In this document: in pieces, positions 33,635-47,480 of the stretch
Layout of the letters: each line of letters opens with the position of its first letter
Position numbering within the stretch: the first letter of the stretch is position 1
Program-made: the position numbers and the translations under genes
The notes under the pieces: model-generated
Seen by the model: only the letters and a program-made list of their open reading frames with translations
Database searches by the model: none
Told to the model about the DNA's origin: nothing
Assembly (NCBI RefSeq): GCF_006345805.1
Contig: NC_042997.1
Span: 114,018,001 to 114,082,000, forward strand
Direction: 5' to 3'
From: Octopus sinensis
Lineage: Eukaryota
Length of the DNA: 64,000 nucleotides

Positions 33635-34008
33635 TTATTTTATAAATAAATTTTCAAAATTATTTTATAAATAAAGTTTTTAAATTATTTTATAAATAAA
33701 TTTTTAAAATTATTTTATAAATAAATTTTAAAAATTATTTTATAAATAAAGTTTTAAAATTATTTTATAAATAAATTTTCAAAATTATTTTATAAATAAA
33801 GTTTTAAAATTATTTTATAAATGAATTTTTAAAATTATTTTATAAATAAATTTTTTAAATTATTTTCTAAGTAATTTTAAAAAATTATTTTATAAATGAA
33901 TTTTTAAAATTATTTTCGAAATAAAGTTTTAAAAATTATTTTATAAAAAAATTTTCAGAATTATTTTATAAATAAATTTTTAAAATTATTTTATGAAATA
34001 AAGTTTTA
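33635..34008. repeat. AT-rich minisatellite, ~25-bp unit (TTATTTTATAAATAAATTTTYAAAA), ~15 copies
   Basis: Directly visible tandem array. Confidence 0.9.
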
Positions 34009-34649
34009 TGGGCTCATGGCGGCAATGACACGGGATCGAGACCTTTGGCAAAACGCTGTGCTTGAGAAGACCCATCAAGCCAAATGAGACCGTAGTCATG
34101 GTTGATGTTGGTGTCTCATAACGCACCCGTGCTGGTGGCATGTAAGAAGTATCCTTCGAATGTTGGGCTTCACGGAGGTGTTAAGTGACCAAGACCTTTG
34201 GCAGTATGCCATGCTTGAGAAGACTTGTCAAGCCAAGGGAAATCACATTTGTGGCCAATGCCAGCATCATGTAACTGGCACCCATGCTGGTGGCACGTAA
34301 GAAGCACCTGTTACACTCTTGCAGTGGTTGGTGTTAAGAAGGGCATCCAGCTGTAGAAACATTGCCAGATTGGATTGGAACCTGGGACAACGCTCAAAAG
34401 GAACTCGGCCACTTTCCCTCTGTATTCTTTTATTTGTTTCAGTCATCTGACTGTGGCCATGCTGGAGCACCATCTTGAAGGGTTTTTTAGTCAAACGCAA
34501 ACATGTCAACACTGGTTGTCAAGCGGTGATGGGGTGGGGGGACAGACACACACTCATGCATATATATATATATTTCCATCTATGAAATCCACTCGCAAGG
34601 CTTTGGTCAGCTCGAGGCTATAGTGGAAGATTTATATTATATACATATA

Positions 34650-35872
34650 CAGGCATACCTCACCCTACATCATTAATTTGGTCAAATTAACTTGTCTCTA
34701 GGCTTGGCTGAATTTACTTATCTCTAGGCTAAACCGATAATAACCATTCCCAGTTCTGTACTTTATTTATGAATGCATTGTCAATAATACATGGTTAATA
34801 AAAACCATGTGTGCTAAAATCTTGTCCTTTTCATGTACAATCATTGATACAGTTGTCCGATTCATCCCCCAAAATCATGCAATTGCTACCACTTTTCCTC
34901 CTTTTTCGTGGTGTTTTATCACAGCCATTTTATCTTCCAGTGTTATAGCATGACGCTTAGTACTTTCATCATCATCATCATCATCATTTAGCGTCCGCTT
35001 TCCATGCTAGCATGGGTTGGACGGGTCAACTGGGGTCTGTGAAGCTGGAAGGCTTCGTCAGGCCCAGTCAGATCTGGCAGTGTTTCTACGGCTGGATGCC
35101 CTTCCTAACGCCAACCACTCCGCGAGTGTAGTGGGTATTTTTTACGTGCCACCTGCACAGGTGCCAGACAGCTGGCAAACGGCCACGAACGGATGGTGCT
35201 TTTACGTGTCACCGGCACGGGGCCAGGCGATGCTGGCAACGGACACGAACGGATGGTGCTTTTACGTGCCACCGACACGGGGCCAGACAGAGCTGGCAAA
35301 CGGCCACGAACGGACGGTGCTTTTACGTGTCACCGGCACGGGGGCCAGCCTGGGCTGGCAACGAACACGAACAGATGGTGCTTTTCATTATGAATTTTCT
35401 TAGGATCCATGGGGGTAAAAAATAAAGTCACAAATAAATGAGAAAGGGAAAGTAGCCATTAAACAGACATAAACAAGTCTGAATTGAAAACAATTGTGGG
35501 AATCACAAGTGACCACGATGCCTAATGGTAAATATTGGAACTACAGTGCAATATGAGCTCTGAAAGACCTATAAATAAGACAATACAGCCGATTTCATGA
35601 TTTTGTTCACTAAGCTACACTACTTTATGGTGTGTATCTTAACATTTACTGCATGTATTTTAACATGATTTTATATGCTTTTATTCTTATTTATTGTACA
35701 GTAACATGATTTTATGTGCTTTCAATAGTTTTCTAGTGATTTTATGATTCCAATATATGTAGTAGACAGACATAAAGTCGAGTAAAATGACTTAATTTGA
35801 TTTTCATTTTTCCATATATTATTTTTGAAAACTGACATGTAATTAAGAATGACTTAAATCGAGGTAAGCCTG
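34650..35872 (-). mobile_element. Tigger/pogo-like DNA transposon remnant with a nested SINE
   Basis: TA-flanked TIRs CAGGCATACCTC / GAGGTAAGCCTG. Minus strand ~34806-34964 encodes KRHAITLEDKMAVIKHHEKGGKVVAIA..MNRTTVSMI, a CENP-B-type HTH. A (CAT)n-tailed SINE is inserted at ~34968-35390. Confidence 0.8.
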
Positions 35873-36377
35873 TATATATATATATATATAATATATATAT
35901 ATATATATTATATATATATATATGCACAATTCTCCTCAATGTTGATGCTGACTCTGTATCATACATGCTAAAGGCTCCTTAAAACTTCGTAGCAAACAGT
36001 TAAGAACATCTGATGTACCTCCTCTTCTTTGACATGTACATGGGTACTACAAGGCTGCATTCTGAGCCCATCATTTTAGTCACTCTATAAATATATCATT
36101 TAGAATTATGAACCAATAAGGGGAACTTCTATGTTTGATCTGATGAAGGTAGCAGTCAGCTTGGCGTCAGATAGCATTGTATCAGCTTCAAAAATATTGG
36201 GTTATCCAGCTGTAGAAACCATGCCAAAGCAGACATTGGAGAGTGGCATACTTCTCTGGTTTATCTATTCCTGTCAAATTGTCCAACCCATGCCAGCATG
36301 GAAAAAGGGCGTTAAACAATGGTGAGGATGATGATGAAGATAAATGGATAATGCAGTCATGAGTTTATATAAAACAG

Positions 36378-36995
36378 ATGCTGTGCTTGAGAAGACCCGG
36401 CAAGCCAAGTGAGACCATAACCTGTGGCCTATGCCAGGGGTGTAACCAGCCCACTTATGCGTACCTTTCCTTCATTGGACACTAAACTCTGCTTGCAAAG
36501 ACCTGTTGAGGCAAGTGAAATCGAAATCAAAATCAAATTCGTTGACTGACATCCGTGCTAGTGGAGCGCTAAGAGCACCATCCGAGCGTGATCGTTGCCA
36601 GAGCAGCTGACTGGCTTCCATGCCGATGGCACATAAAAAGCACAATTCAAGCGTGATCGTTACCAGCATCGCCTTACTGGCACATGAAAAACATTTGAGC
36701 GAGGCCGTTGCCAGTGCTGCTGGACTGGCTCCTGTGCAGGTGGCACATAAAAAACACCATCTGAGTGTGGCCATTGCCAGTACTGCCTGACTGGCCTTTG
36801 TGCCAGTGGCACATAAAAGCACTCACTACACTCTTGGAGTGGTTGGCATTAGGAAGGCCATCCAGCTGTAGAAACTCTGCCAGATCAGATTGGAGCCTGG
36901 TGCAGCCATCTGGTTCGCCAGTACTCAGTCAAATCGTCCAACCCATGCTAGCATGGAAAGCAGACGTTAAACGATGATGATGATGATGATGATGA
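36378..36995 (+). mobile_element. Representative of an abundant (GAT)n-tailed SINE/RTE-tail repeat (about 20 or more copies, both strands)
   Basis: Shared 3' block GGAGTGGTTGGCGTTAGGAAGGGCATCCAGCTGTAGAAAC ... CAACCCATGCTAGCATGGAAAGCGGACGTTAAACGATGATGAT. Other copies lie near 6230, 7090, 10750, 11700, 15300, 16560, 17460, 29890, 30800, 31850, 34030, 34970, 38690, 40930, 45770, 50400, 52110, 53930, 56340, 61500, 61960 and 63640. Confidence 0.85.
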
Positions 36996-37741
36996 GATGG
37001 GATGGTCAAAGCTAGAATGTCTTTCATCATAAGTCTGCTTGACTAGGTCTGACTCAGGGCTAAATAACAACAATCATTAATAATTTTAATGATATAATGA
37101 AGTTTTCTGATGATACAAATGAGGTTTATCAGAATTGAAAATAACGAACTATGCAACAGCAGTGGGATCCAGAGACTTCTTAATGTCAACAATATCAATT
37201 TAGATTAAATTAATATTGCTTGTCCAACTCAGGCAAGCATGGAAGGAATGATTTGATGATGATGGTGATGATGTTGATGATGATGATGATGATTTAAACA
37301 GTGTAAAAAAAAAATGAGTATCAATTTTCAATTGTGTAACAGATGTTGAACAAACAATAGATATAGCTGTTATTTCTGGCATGTTGACTGACCACATAGA
37401 GTCAATGATTTTAACTAATGTCCACACAGTTTCTATGCTAGAAATAGCAGCCATAACTTCTGTATTCTTTAGTTTTTTATGTAAGAACAAGGAATGCACA
37501 TTAGCAACACCATTGAACAAAGAGAGCTTCTAAGTAGCCAATCTAACTGTTAGAAATAGCAGCCAAATTTCTCCTGGATCATCTTAAAAAATGAAGGACA
37601 TGCTGGCTAATGTAATCCTACATACATTCATCATCATTGTTTTCACATCCATTTTTCCATGCTTTGTTGAACCAAATTTTCTATGGCCAGTTGTCCCTCC
37701 TGTAACCAACTCTCACTTGTTTCCACGTAATACAATATTTC

Positions 37742-38410
37742 TGTAGTGGATCTTGCAGGCATGAAGTGGATTCAATCCACCATAGCCAAATTTAAATTAA
37801 CACTTCAACAGAACTTTTCTCATGGTGGAACAATAGTTTTGCTGTGACAGCAGTTTTACATTTGCCAGATGCCTTAGCTAGTCCGAAATAATGTCTTCAC
37901 CACTTGACCCTTCTAACCTCTTATAAGTCACCAAAGGCTAGAATTAAGATAACAAGTACCACCAATGAAGTCCATTGTTTTCAACAATATGGCTATTTTT
38001 CTGGATAGTTATAAAAACAAGAACACCCTCAAGCAAAAACTGGTGATAACTCAGTTAGTCAGTTGCTGACAATTCAGTGAGAATGGAGTCTGGCTGACAG
38101 GCTAAACAAATGCTGTCTCAGAAGAAAAGGGCACAAAGAGAACAACTATGGTAACTTACCAGTGGAGCAGTTGTTTCATCCCACACTCTCTCACTTACTC
38201 ACTTTCTCTTCTCTGCACATTACCATATCTCTCTCTATGATTTACTACTACAATAAGAACAGACAGGCCAAAATTAACTTTTTTACTTCTCATACGTTAG
38301 GATTTCATTACCTGCCCATTGAGGCAAGGTATATACAATGTAATGGTAAAAAGAAATATTTCCCTTAAAACTTCATGCATTGTTCACTTGTATGACAATG
38401 CTCTTTGTTT
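37742..38410 (+). mobile_element. Second, diverged copy of the LTR-like repeat at 4572
   Basis: Starts with the same TGTAGTGGATCTTGCA.GCATGAAGTGGATTC and aligns by eye through TAAAACTTCATGCATTGT; the 3' end is obscured by a SINE. Confidence 0.6.
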
Positions 38411-39590
38411 ACATCCATCATGTGATGTCAAGACACGGACACACACACACAAACATGCACACATATATACATACATACGTACGTACAGACATACATACAT
38501 ATATACATACAATGAGGTTCTTTCATTTCTGCATACCAGATCCTTTCACAAAGCTTTAGTCAGGTCAAGGCCATAGTAGAAGACACTTGTCCAAGCCACC
38601 ATGCAGTGGGACTGAACTCAAAACTATATAGTTGGGAAGCAAACTACTTAACCACACACCCACACCTGTGCCTCACAAATAACAAAACATGCTGGTGCCA
38701 TGTAAAAAGCACCCAGTACACTGTAAAGCAATGGATGTTAGGAAGGGCATCCGACTGTAGAAACCATGCCAGAACACACAATTGGAGCTTGGTGCAGCCC
38801 TTTCGCTCACCAGTTCCTGTCAAGCTGACCAACCCAAATGGACTTCAGATGATGATGATGATGATGATAACTTGATGTGCCCTGGTAGCTAGTTATTGTA
38901 AGGGAGATAATTACATTTATTTTAGTCATAGCACGGTTAGAAGTCTGAAGATGTTATACAGGATTTATTTATGATTAGAAATTTTAAGATCAATGTCATA
39001 AGTAAGGGGCCAAAAAAATATTAAATATGCATCTTCAAATTTCTTTTAATTTTATAAATATTTCAACAAATGACTTCACCAGTGAGAAAACTGTTTCCTA
39101 AATAGGACATAATGATCCAATATCGCTACCAAACAATCTGGAGACATTAACCAATTTTGGTTCCATTTCAAGGTCATGTCAGTTATGAAGTTTCTCGTTT
39201 GCATTCTCATTACAACAATGGTGACTAATGAGAAGAGTAATTGATATTCTGACGAGTGATGGAATGATTCCATTCCTTTCATGGTTCTGCCAAGAATATC
39301 AAGTGATTCAGTTGGAATCTACTTATTAATTAGAGTTTTGGTTCCTGAATCATCAAAGATGTTTGGGATGATGGAATGTCAGACAGAAGATTTTATTGTA
39401 TTCAGATTGGTATTTTGTTTTATAATAACTATGAGCACAAGCCAACAAACATGCCAAACTTCTAGAAATAGCAGTGAAATCAGATTCTGTTATCTTAAAA
39501 AAAAGTGAAAGGATACTTAAAATAATGCAGTCTTGGTTATAGAAGATATATTGGTTTCAAATATATTTAATATAGATATATTCATAGTGA

Positions 39591-39895
39591 GTGGAGGTGC
39601 AATGGCCCAGTGGTTAGGGCAGCGGACTTGCAGTCGGGAGATTGTGGTTTCAATTCCCAGACCGGGCGTTGTGAGTGTTTATTGAGCGAAAACACCTAAA
39701 AGCTCCACGAGGCTCTGGCAGGGGGTTGTGGCGACCCCTGTTGTACTCTTTCGAAACAACTTTCTCTCACTCTCTCTTCCTGTTTCTTGAGTAATGCTGT
39801 GATGGACTGGCGTCCTGTCCAGCTGGGGGGAACACATATGCCACAGAAACCGGGAAACCAGGCACATGAGCCTGGTTAGGCTTTAAAAGGGCGAT
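39591..39895 (+). mobile_element. tRNA-derived SINE (fourth family)
   Basis: Head GCAATGGCCCAGTGGTTAGGGCAGCGGACT ... GTTTCAATTCCCAG; a homologous head lies at ~50800. Confidence 0.75.
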
Positions 39896-42161
39896 GTTTA
39901 TCGTTATATTCATAGTGAATAGAACACTTCTTGATGTTGTGAATAGCCATGCAGCTGAAGAGAAATCAGGTGTACACAAGTGAGGTAAAATTGGTGGCAC
40001 ATTTTAGCACAAGGCTAGCAATTTGGGGGTGGGGGTGGGGGAGGCGCTCAACTGGTACTTATTTTATCCACCCTGAAAGGGTGAACAGCAAAAATGACCT
40101 TGTTGGAATTTGAACTCAGAAGGTAAAGACAAATGAAATGTCACTAAGCATTTTGTCCAGTGTGTTAACAATCCTGCCAGCTTACCACCTTAACAACAAC
40201 AACAACAATAATAATAATAATAATAATAATCATCCTTTCTACTGGAAGTACAAGGCCTCAAATTTGGGGGAAGGGGTTAAGTTGATTACATCAACCCCAG
40301 TGCGTAACTGATACTTATTTAATTGACCCCCGAAAGGATGAAAGGCAAAGTCGACCTCTGCGGAATTTGAACTCAGACCGTAGTGACAGACGAAATACCA
40401 CTAAGCATTTTGCCTGGCGAGCTAAGGATTCTGCCAGCTTGCTGTCTTAATAATAATAATGTTGATTTCAAATTTTGGCACAAGGCCAGCAATTTCGGGG
40501 GAGGGGATAAGTCAAAGACATCAACCCCAGTGTTCAACTGGTACTTATTTTATCAATCTCAAAAGGACAGAAGGTAAAGTTGACTTCATCAGAATTTGAA
40601 CTTAAAATGTAAAGATGGACGAAATGCCATCTTTACATTTCATGCCACAATTGGTAAATGTATTTTACAACTGAACTCACCCACAATAACAATATTAATT
40701 CTTTCTACAAAAGGCACAAAGCCTGAAATTTTGGGAGAGCGGGTAAGTCAATTTCACCGATCCCCAGTATTCAACTGGTACTTAATTTATTGACCCCCGA
40801 AAGGATGAAAGATAAAGTCGACCTCGGCGGAATTTGAACTGAGAACATAAAGACAGATGAAATACTGCTAAGCATCTTGCCTGGTGTGTGGTAATGATTC
40901 TACCAACTCACTGCCTTCAACAATAATATGGATTGGCTCCCGTGCCAGTGGCACATAAAAAGCACCATTCGAGTGTGATCATTGCCAGTGTTGCCATGCC
41001 AGCACATGTGCTAGTGGAATGTTGAAAACAATATTTGTGTGGTTGTTACCAGTGCCATCGAACTGTCTCCTGTGCCAATAGCACATAAAAAACACCTTTT
41101 GAGTGTGGTCATTGCCAGAACTGCCTGATTGGCCCTTGTGCCAGTGACATGTAAAAGCACCCACTACATTCTCAGGGTGGTTGGCGTTATGAAGGGTATC
41201 CAGCTGTAGAAACATTGCTAGATCAGATTGAGCCTGGTGCAGCCTCTGGCTCACTAGTTCTCAATTAAACTGTCCAACCCATGCCAGCATGGAAAGTGGA
41301 TGTTAAACAACGATGACGACAATGATGATGATGATGATGACAATAATAATAACAATGATAATAATAAGTTGGAATAAACACTGGTGCTGGTGTCACATGT
41401 AAAGCACCCAGTACACTCTGTGGCATTAGGAAGGGCATCCAGCAAAGAAACTGTGCCAGAATAGACAATGGAGCCAGGTGTGGATTCTGGCCATACCAGC
41501 TCTGGTCAAACTGTCCTCTGCACCATACCAGTATGGAAAATAAATGTTAAATGAGGATGATGATGATGATAATGATGATGAAATACTGCGACGCATTTTG
41601 TCTGTCACTGTAACAAATCTACCAATCCACCGTCTACAAATAATAATAATAATGTTTAATCTTTCTCTGAGTATTCATTATTCCTGTAAATGAAATGAAA
41701 ATCTATTTGAAATCTCTTTTGTTGTGACTAATTTACTTCAAAGGACAAAATTTTGTGTGGAATGGTTTCAGAATAATTTATGAAATATGGTTAGTTCCAT
41801 TTTTGATCATTTTTCTTCTTCAAACGCAATTCTAATACAAATATAAAATAAGCAAAAAATCACATTTTAATATTTTCTTTGTTTCTGCAGGAAATACTTT
41901 ACAAATTTAGTTTCACTAAAAATATTAGCAAATAAAAAACAAAAACAAAAGAAAAAACAAACAAACAAAACAAAACAAAACACACACACACACACACGCA
42001 ATTGCTTTTATGTTAAGTCATCTTTATATTCGAAAACAATGTTAAATGTGGAATTATCACATTCTAATGACTTGTGTTGATGAGGCTGTTTTTCAGTCAA
42101 AGGTATCTTTGTTTTAACTGCACTACAGTAATAGGATAATTTATCTCCAACAACACATCAT

Positions 42162-42163
<2 letters not shown>

Positions 42164-42204
<41 letters not shown>

Positions 42205-42207
42205 TTG

Positions 42208-42277
<70 letters not shown>

Positions 42278-42290
42278 TATTATTATTATT
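42164..42290. repeat. (AAT)n tract switching to (ATT)n
   Basis: Directly visible; the strand switch is at ~42245. Confidence 0.92.
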
Positions 42291-42949
42291 GAAATAACAT
42301 CACAAAGCTGTGTGTTTTGTGTATTTATGCTTTGTATGTGAGTGTATGTGTGGCTGTTTCTAAAATTATATGCCACGATCGATGAATATATTTTATAACT
42401 GAATTCACCTAAGCATTCATGTTGTCCAATCCCCTTCATCACTTCTCTTCTGTTCACCTTCCTGTAACTTGAAGGTATGCTCTAACATCACTTATTTTCT
42501 CTCTTTTACAACTGGGGAAAACCATCTGTCTCCTTTACTCAAAGACATCTGTTCCTATCCCCACCCCATCATACTTCAACCAACTGGTTCTCAGCTGGAG
42601 TTGCTCTGACCTTTGGGGCTCCATACAAGATTTTGTTGTTAAAAATTTATCTGCAATAATTGGTTATAATTCTACAATATACAAAACAGTTTAACAAATT
42701 TTTGTATGGTTTCTAATAACATTTAATTCTAAAACTATAACTCTTTTACTTGTTTAAGTCATTTGACTGTGGCCATGCTGGAGCACCGCCTTTAGTCGAG
42801 CAAATCGACCCCAGGACTTATTCTTTGTAAGCCTAGTACTTATTCTATCGGTCTCTTTTTGCAGAACCGCTAAGTTACGGGGACGTAAACACACCAGCAT
42901 CGGTTGTCAAGTGATGTTGGGGGAGGGGGGCAAACACAGACATAGAAAC

Positions 42950-42984
<35 letters not shown>

Positions 42985-45445
42985 CATATATACGACGGGC
43001 TTCTTTCAGTTTCCATCTACCAAATCCATTCACAAGGCTTTGGTCGGCCTGAGGCTATAGTAGAAGACACTTGCCCAAGGATTTTTTTTAAACATTGAAT
43101 GGCTCTGAGAGTCCAACCAAGTAAAATGGACGTCCAAAGGGTCCATAAGCAGAAGACAGTTGAAAACCGCTGCTTTAACCTATCACCACCAGGTACAAAG
43201 CCAACTCCTTCAATACTACTCCCCCACCTCAGTTGAGGACTCTTGTCTTGTGAGTTACTTGGCGACCTCACTGGTGCTAGTGCCTCTTAAAGAACATCAT
43301 GCACAATCTGTGAAGTTTTTGGCATTAGGAAGAGCACCAGGCTATAGAAACCATGCCGAACAGACAGTTTTGTTCAGAGTTCTGAATATGAACTCTACAC
43401 CTCAACAGCTAAGTGCTTGCTCTACAGTGTCAACTGCGGCTGACCATCGGATGTGGTGGTCATTCATGAGGTGACTTGGTGAACTCATTGATCAGAGCTG
43501 GCTCAACCCACTACAAGTGAATGCCACCACAAGTACAAGTAAGTACAAAGCAGACATTCTATCGGTCTCTTTCGCTGAACCGCTAAGTTACGGGGACATA
43601 AACACACCAACTGGCACTCCAGTAGTTACGACAATGAGGGTTCCAATTGCTCCAATTAATGGAACAGCCAACTTATGAAATTAACATGCAAGTGGCTGAG
43701 CACTCCATGGACACACATACCCTTAACATAGTTCTCAAGGAGATTCAGTATGACTCAGAGTGGGACAAAGCTGGCCCTTTGAAATGCAAGTATAACTCAT
43801 TTTTCACTTGAAATAAAGTGTTTATATACAAATATTATGCACAAAAGATACTGTGTTTGTTATATATTTAGTACTTAGTATAACTCATCTGTCCTTCAAT
43901 GTTTAGTGTGGTGTTATGTAACTAGTTCAAAATACTTAAGCTTTAATATTAGCTTCTATTAGTATTTTTGAAGAGCTGGTCACTCCCTGAGTGACAAAAT
44001 TCCCTCTAGGCAACCAATTAACTAAAAGAATGATTTATAAAAATAGCTCAGCCATTACTTTCAAGCAAGTAAGGTGGCAAGCTGGTAGAAACGTTAGCAC
44101 GCTGGGCAAAATACTTAGCAGTATTTCCTCTGCTGCTATGTTCTGAGTTCAAATTCCACTGAGGTCGACTTTGCCTTTCATCCTTTCAGGGTCGATAAAT
44201 TAAGTACCAGTTGTGTACTGGGTTCGATCTAATCAACTGGCCCTCATCCCCAATATTTATAAAGGTGTGAAACTGGTAGAAACAGCATGCTTGGCAAAAT
44301 GCCTAGCAATATTTCGTCTGCCACTATGTTCTGCGTTCAAATTCCGTTGAGGTCAACTTTGCTTGTATTATGCATTTGCTGATTGTTTTAGATGCCCATG
44401 TAGCCATGAGCAGGCATAAACACCCTCTTGACCATCCCATTCTTAGTCTAATATAACATTGAGGATGTTGGCTACCCCCATCGACTCAACATGCTGCCTC
44501 GTCCAGGAACTGAATTCACGACCTTGCACTATTTTACTTATGGAATTGGCAAATGTTAACGAATGCCTAATTTACTTTCATTTAGTTTCCTTTTGAAGAT
44601 TAGAGCTTCATTGAGGAATAAACAAAATCTTCCTTTTCTTTGATTTGACAAATATTTATTTACTTTATCAAGAGTCAGCTAAAATCAGTTTCTTCTCTTG
44701 TGTAATATTTTCATCAACAAAAATAAAAAGTTAACAAATAAAAAATTCTATATCTAAGAGATGAGGAATTATGTACGTTATTTACATTTTGCAGGCATAT
44801 GGCTTAGTGGTTAAGAGTGTGGGCTACTAACCCCTAGATTCCGAGTCCAATTCCAGGCAGTGACCTGAATAATAATAATAATAATCATAATGCCCTGATG
44901 CAGTACCAGGCAGTGGCTCTCATGGCTTCTGATCTTAACTGATAGGAAGTGTTATCATGTACATTGTTTTGTCTTGGTATAAAAGATGGACTACAGCAAA
45001 TATTCTGCTCAATACCACAGATTTGCTTGTCAGTTGTTTGACCTTAACCATTTGAGCATGTCCTTTAGTGGCTGATGATATGTGCATCTCTGATCACGAG
45101 TAGAAGTAGTGGGGGAGCATCATAGCCATGTGTTGAGAGGGATTCTTTGGGGTTTGAATAATTCACCTCTGGAAACATGGGTGTTTCGTTCAACATCCTT
45201 AAACAACCCTTATCCAGGGACCTTTTGAGCAGGATGAGTTACTCGACCAGAAGAAAATTCTAAATGGGCCCCACCTGCAAGGTCATGTGCTATTTATCTT
45301 GATATGCGATCATCATGCTGTGCACATATGGTTGTGATGCATTTGCCTAGTGTACCTTTATCAGACGGGTAGTCATGATGGGTATACTGGGCTTTGTGTA
45401 TTTTACTCCAGTGTCACTTTGATGGCATGCACTGCTCTCTCACTC

Positions 45446-45476
<31 letters not shown>

Positions 45477-45716
45477 TAATAATAATAATAACAACAACAT
45501 TGAAAAATACCTTAGGAATGAGAACCCAGGTTCAAAGTTTCCCCAAGACAACTGAAGAAGGCTGGATGATATATCAGCTGAAACATGTTAACAACAAACA
45601 AGATGAGGACAAATATCCGTCAAATGTAAATAATGTAAATAATGTACATAAATAAAAAATTTTAATGAAAATTTGATGATTTGTGGAATTATCATCCTCC
45701 TCCTCCTCATCGTCAC

Positions 45717-45760
<44 letters not shown>

Positions 45761-46313
45761 ACAACAACACCATTTAAAGTTTGTTTTCCATGCTGGCATG
45801 TGTTGGATGGTTTGACTGGAACTGACAGGCCTCAATTGTCTGTTTTGGTATGGTTTCTATGGCTGGATGCCCTCCCTAATATCAGCACAGGTGCTTTTTA
45901 TGTGGCACCAGCACAAGTGCTTTATACGTGGCCCCATCACAGGTACTTTATATGTGACACCAGAAAGGGTGCTTCATATGTGACACTAGCATGGGTACTT
46001 TGCACTTGGCACCAGCACAGGTGCTTTTAACATGGCACCAGCATGGGTGATAATGAAAATTAATTTGAAAGAACAAAAGGAGAAATGAAGACATGTGAAT
46101 AGAAACAAAATACATTTTTTCTGAACTTATCTAACTTTGGTGTTAGGAAGGGAATCCAGCTGTAGAAACCCTTTCAAAGCAGACACTGGAGTATGATGCA
46201 ATCCTCAGACCTGTCAAACCATTCAGTACATACCAGCATGAGACATCAATGTTCACATGATGATGAGGTCCTTATGAATAGAAGATCAATACTCTAACCT
46301 GGCGGTTGTCAGC

Positions 46314-46539
46314 GAGCTGGCAGAAACGTTAGCACGCTGGGCGAAATGCCTAGTGGTATTTCGTCTGCCGTTACGTTCTGAGTTCAAATTCTGCCGAGGT
46401 CGACTTTGCCTTTCACCCTTTTGGGGTCAATAAATTAAGTACCAATTACACACTGGGGGTCGATGTAATCGACTTAATCCGTTTGTCTGTCCTTGTTCGT
46501 CCCCTCTGTGTTTAGCCCCTTGTGGGTAGTAAAGAAATA
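46314..46539 (+). mobile_element. tRNA-derived SINE, near full length, with a 10-bp TSD (representative of a second family)
   Basis: A/B-box-like head (GAGCTGGCAGAAACGTTAGC ... GAGTTCAAATTC) and central GTCGACTTTGCCTTTCA.CCTTT.GGGGTC. TSD GGTTGTCAGC at 46304-46313 and 46540-46549. Relatives lie near 3150, 10390, 13870, 14810, 15050, 21680, 22400, 40020-40910 and 44070. Confidence 0.85.
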
Positions 46540-47229
46540 GGTTGTCAGCCTTTTTAATATTTGGATCAGATCCCAAACTTGGATTTTTTTAGAGGGCTAC
46601 ACCAAAAAAGCACAAGTTAATTGAGAAAAACTTATAATATTTATAGAGGGATGACCATCGGGAGTTGCCGGAAGGATGCTTGAGGGTTGCATGCAGTGCT
46701 AGGAGCCACAGTAGAGAACTATTGCTCTAACCTTTAGGGTACACACTACATACTTTCTCAATGGAATGAGTTAAATTTCTTGTGAGTTTTGAACACTTTA
46801 ATAGATGTATGTTTTGGTAGCTGGATTTTGTTAGAAACATGAATGAATTATCATTTCTTGTGTGTATGGGAAGTAAGAACACAGATAAAGAAAGTAGGTT
46901 TGAGAAGAACAGGAATTGAACACTTGAACAAAGCAACACATAAATAAACTTTCTGTTGAAGTAAAAATAGGAAATGTTGTGAGATGACAATCTTGGCTGT
47001 TGAGGAAAAACAGAGAAAAACTCTGCCCTTCCTTTGCTGACATGGGCGCTCACGCACACACATGCACACACAAACATACACACACACACATGCACACATG
47101 CACACACACACAAGCACACAAGCACATACACTCACCCACACACACTCACACCCACACATACAAACTCCCCCCACCCACACACCTATACACTGGCACAAAT
47201 ACATACACAATAACAGAAGTGATCTGGAA

Positions 47230-47333
47230 CAGGATCTTTTAGAAAGAATCTTTATGCATGCATGCATACATAATACTCATACACATACATACATACATAC
47301 ATACATACATACATACATACACACATACATACA

Positions 47334-47364
<31 letters not shown>

Positions 47365-47480
47365 GTGCATACATACACACGTACACATACATACGTACAT
47401 ACATGCATGCATACATACATGAATACACACACGCACATACATACGTACATACATACATACATACATACATACACACATGA
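47230..47480. repeat. (CATA)n microsatellite abutting the RTE 3' end
   Basis: Directly visible. Confidence 0.92.

Noticed and set aside
39070-39510. Non-repetitive stretch with short ORFs on both strands
   Set aside because: All six frames contain stops or lack recognisable motifs, and no consistent splice pair was found.
42400-42700. Possible exons (splice-like sites on both strands)
   Set aside because: Translations are unrecognisable and cannot be chained to other exons.
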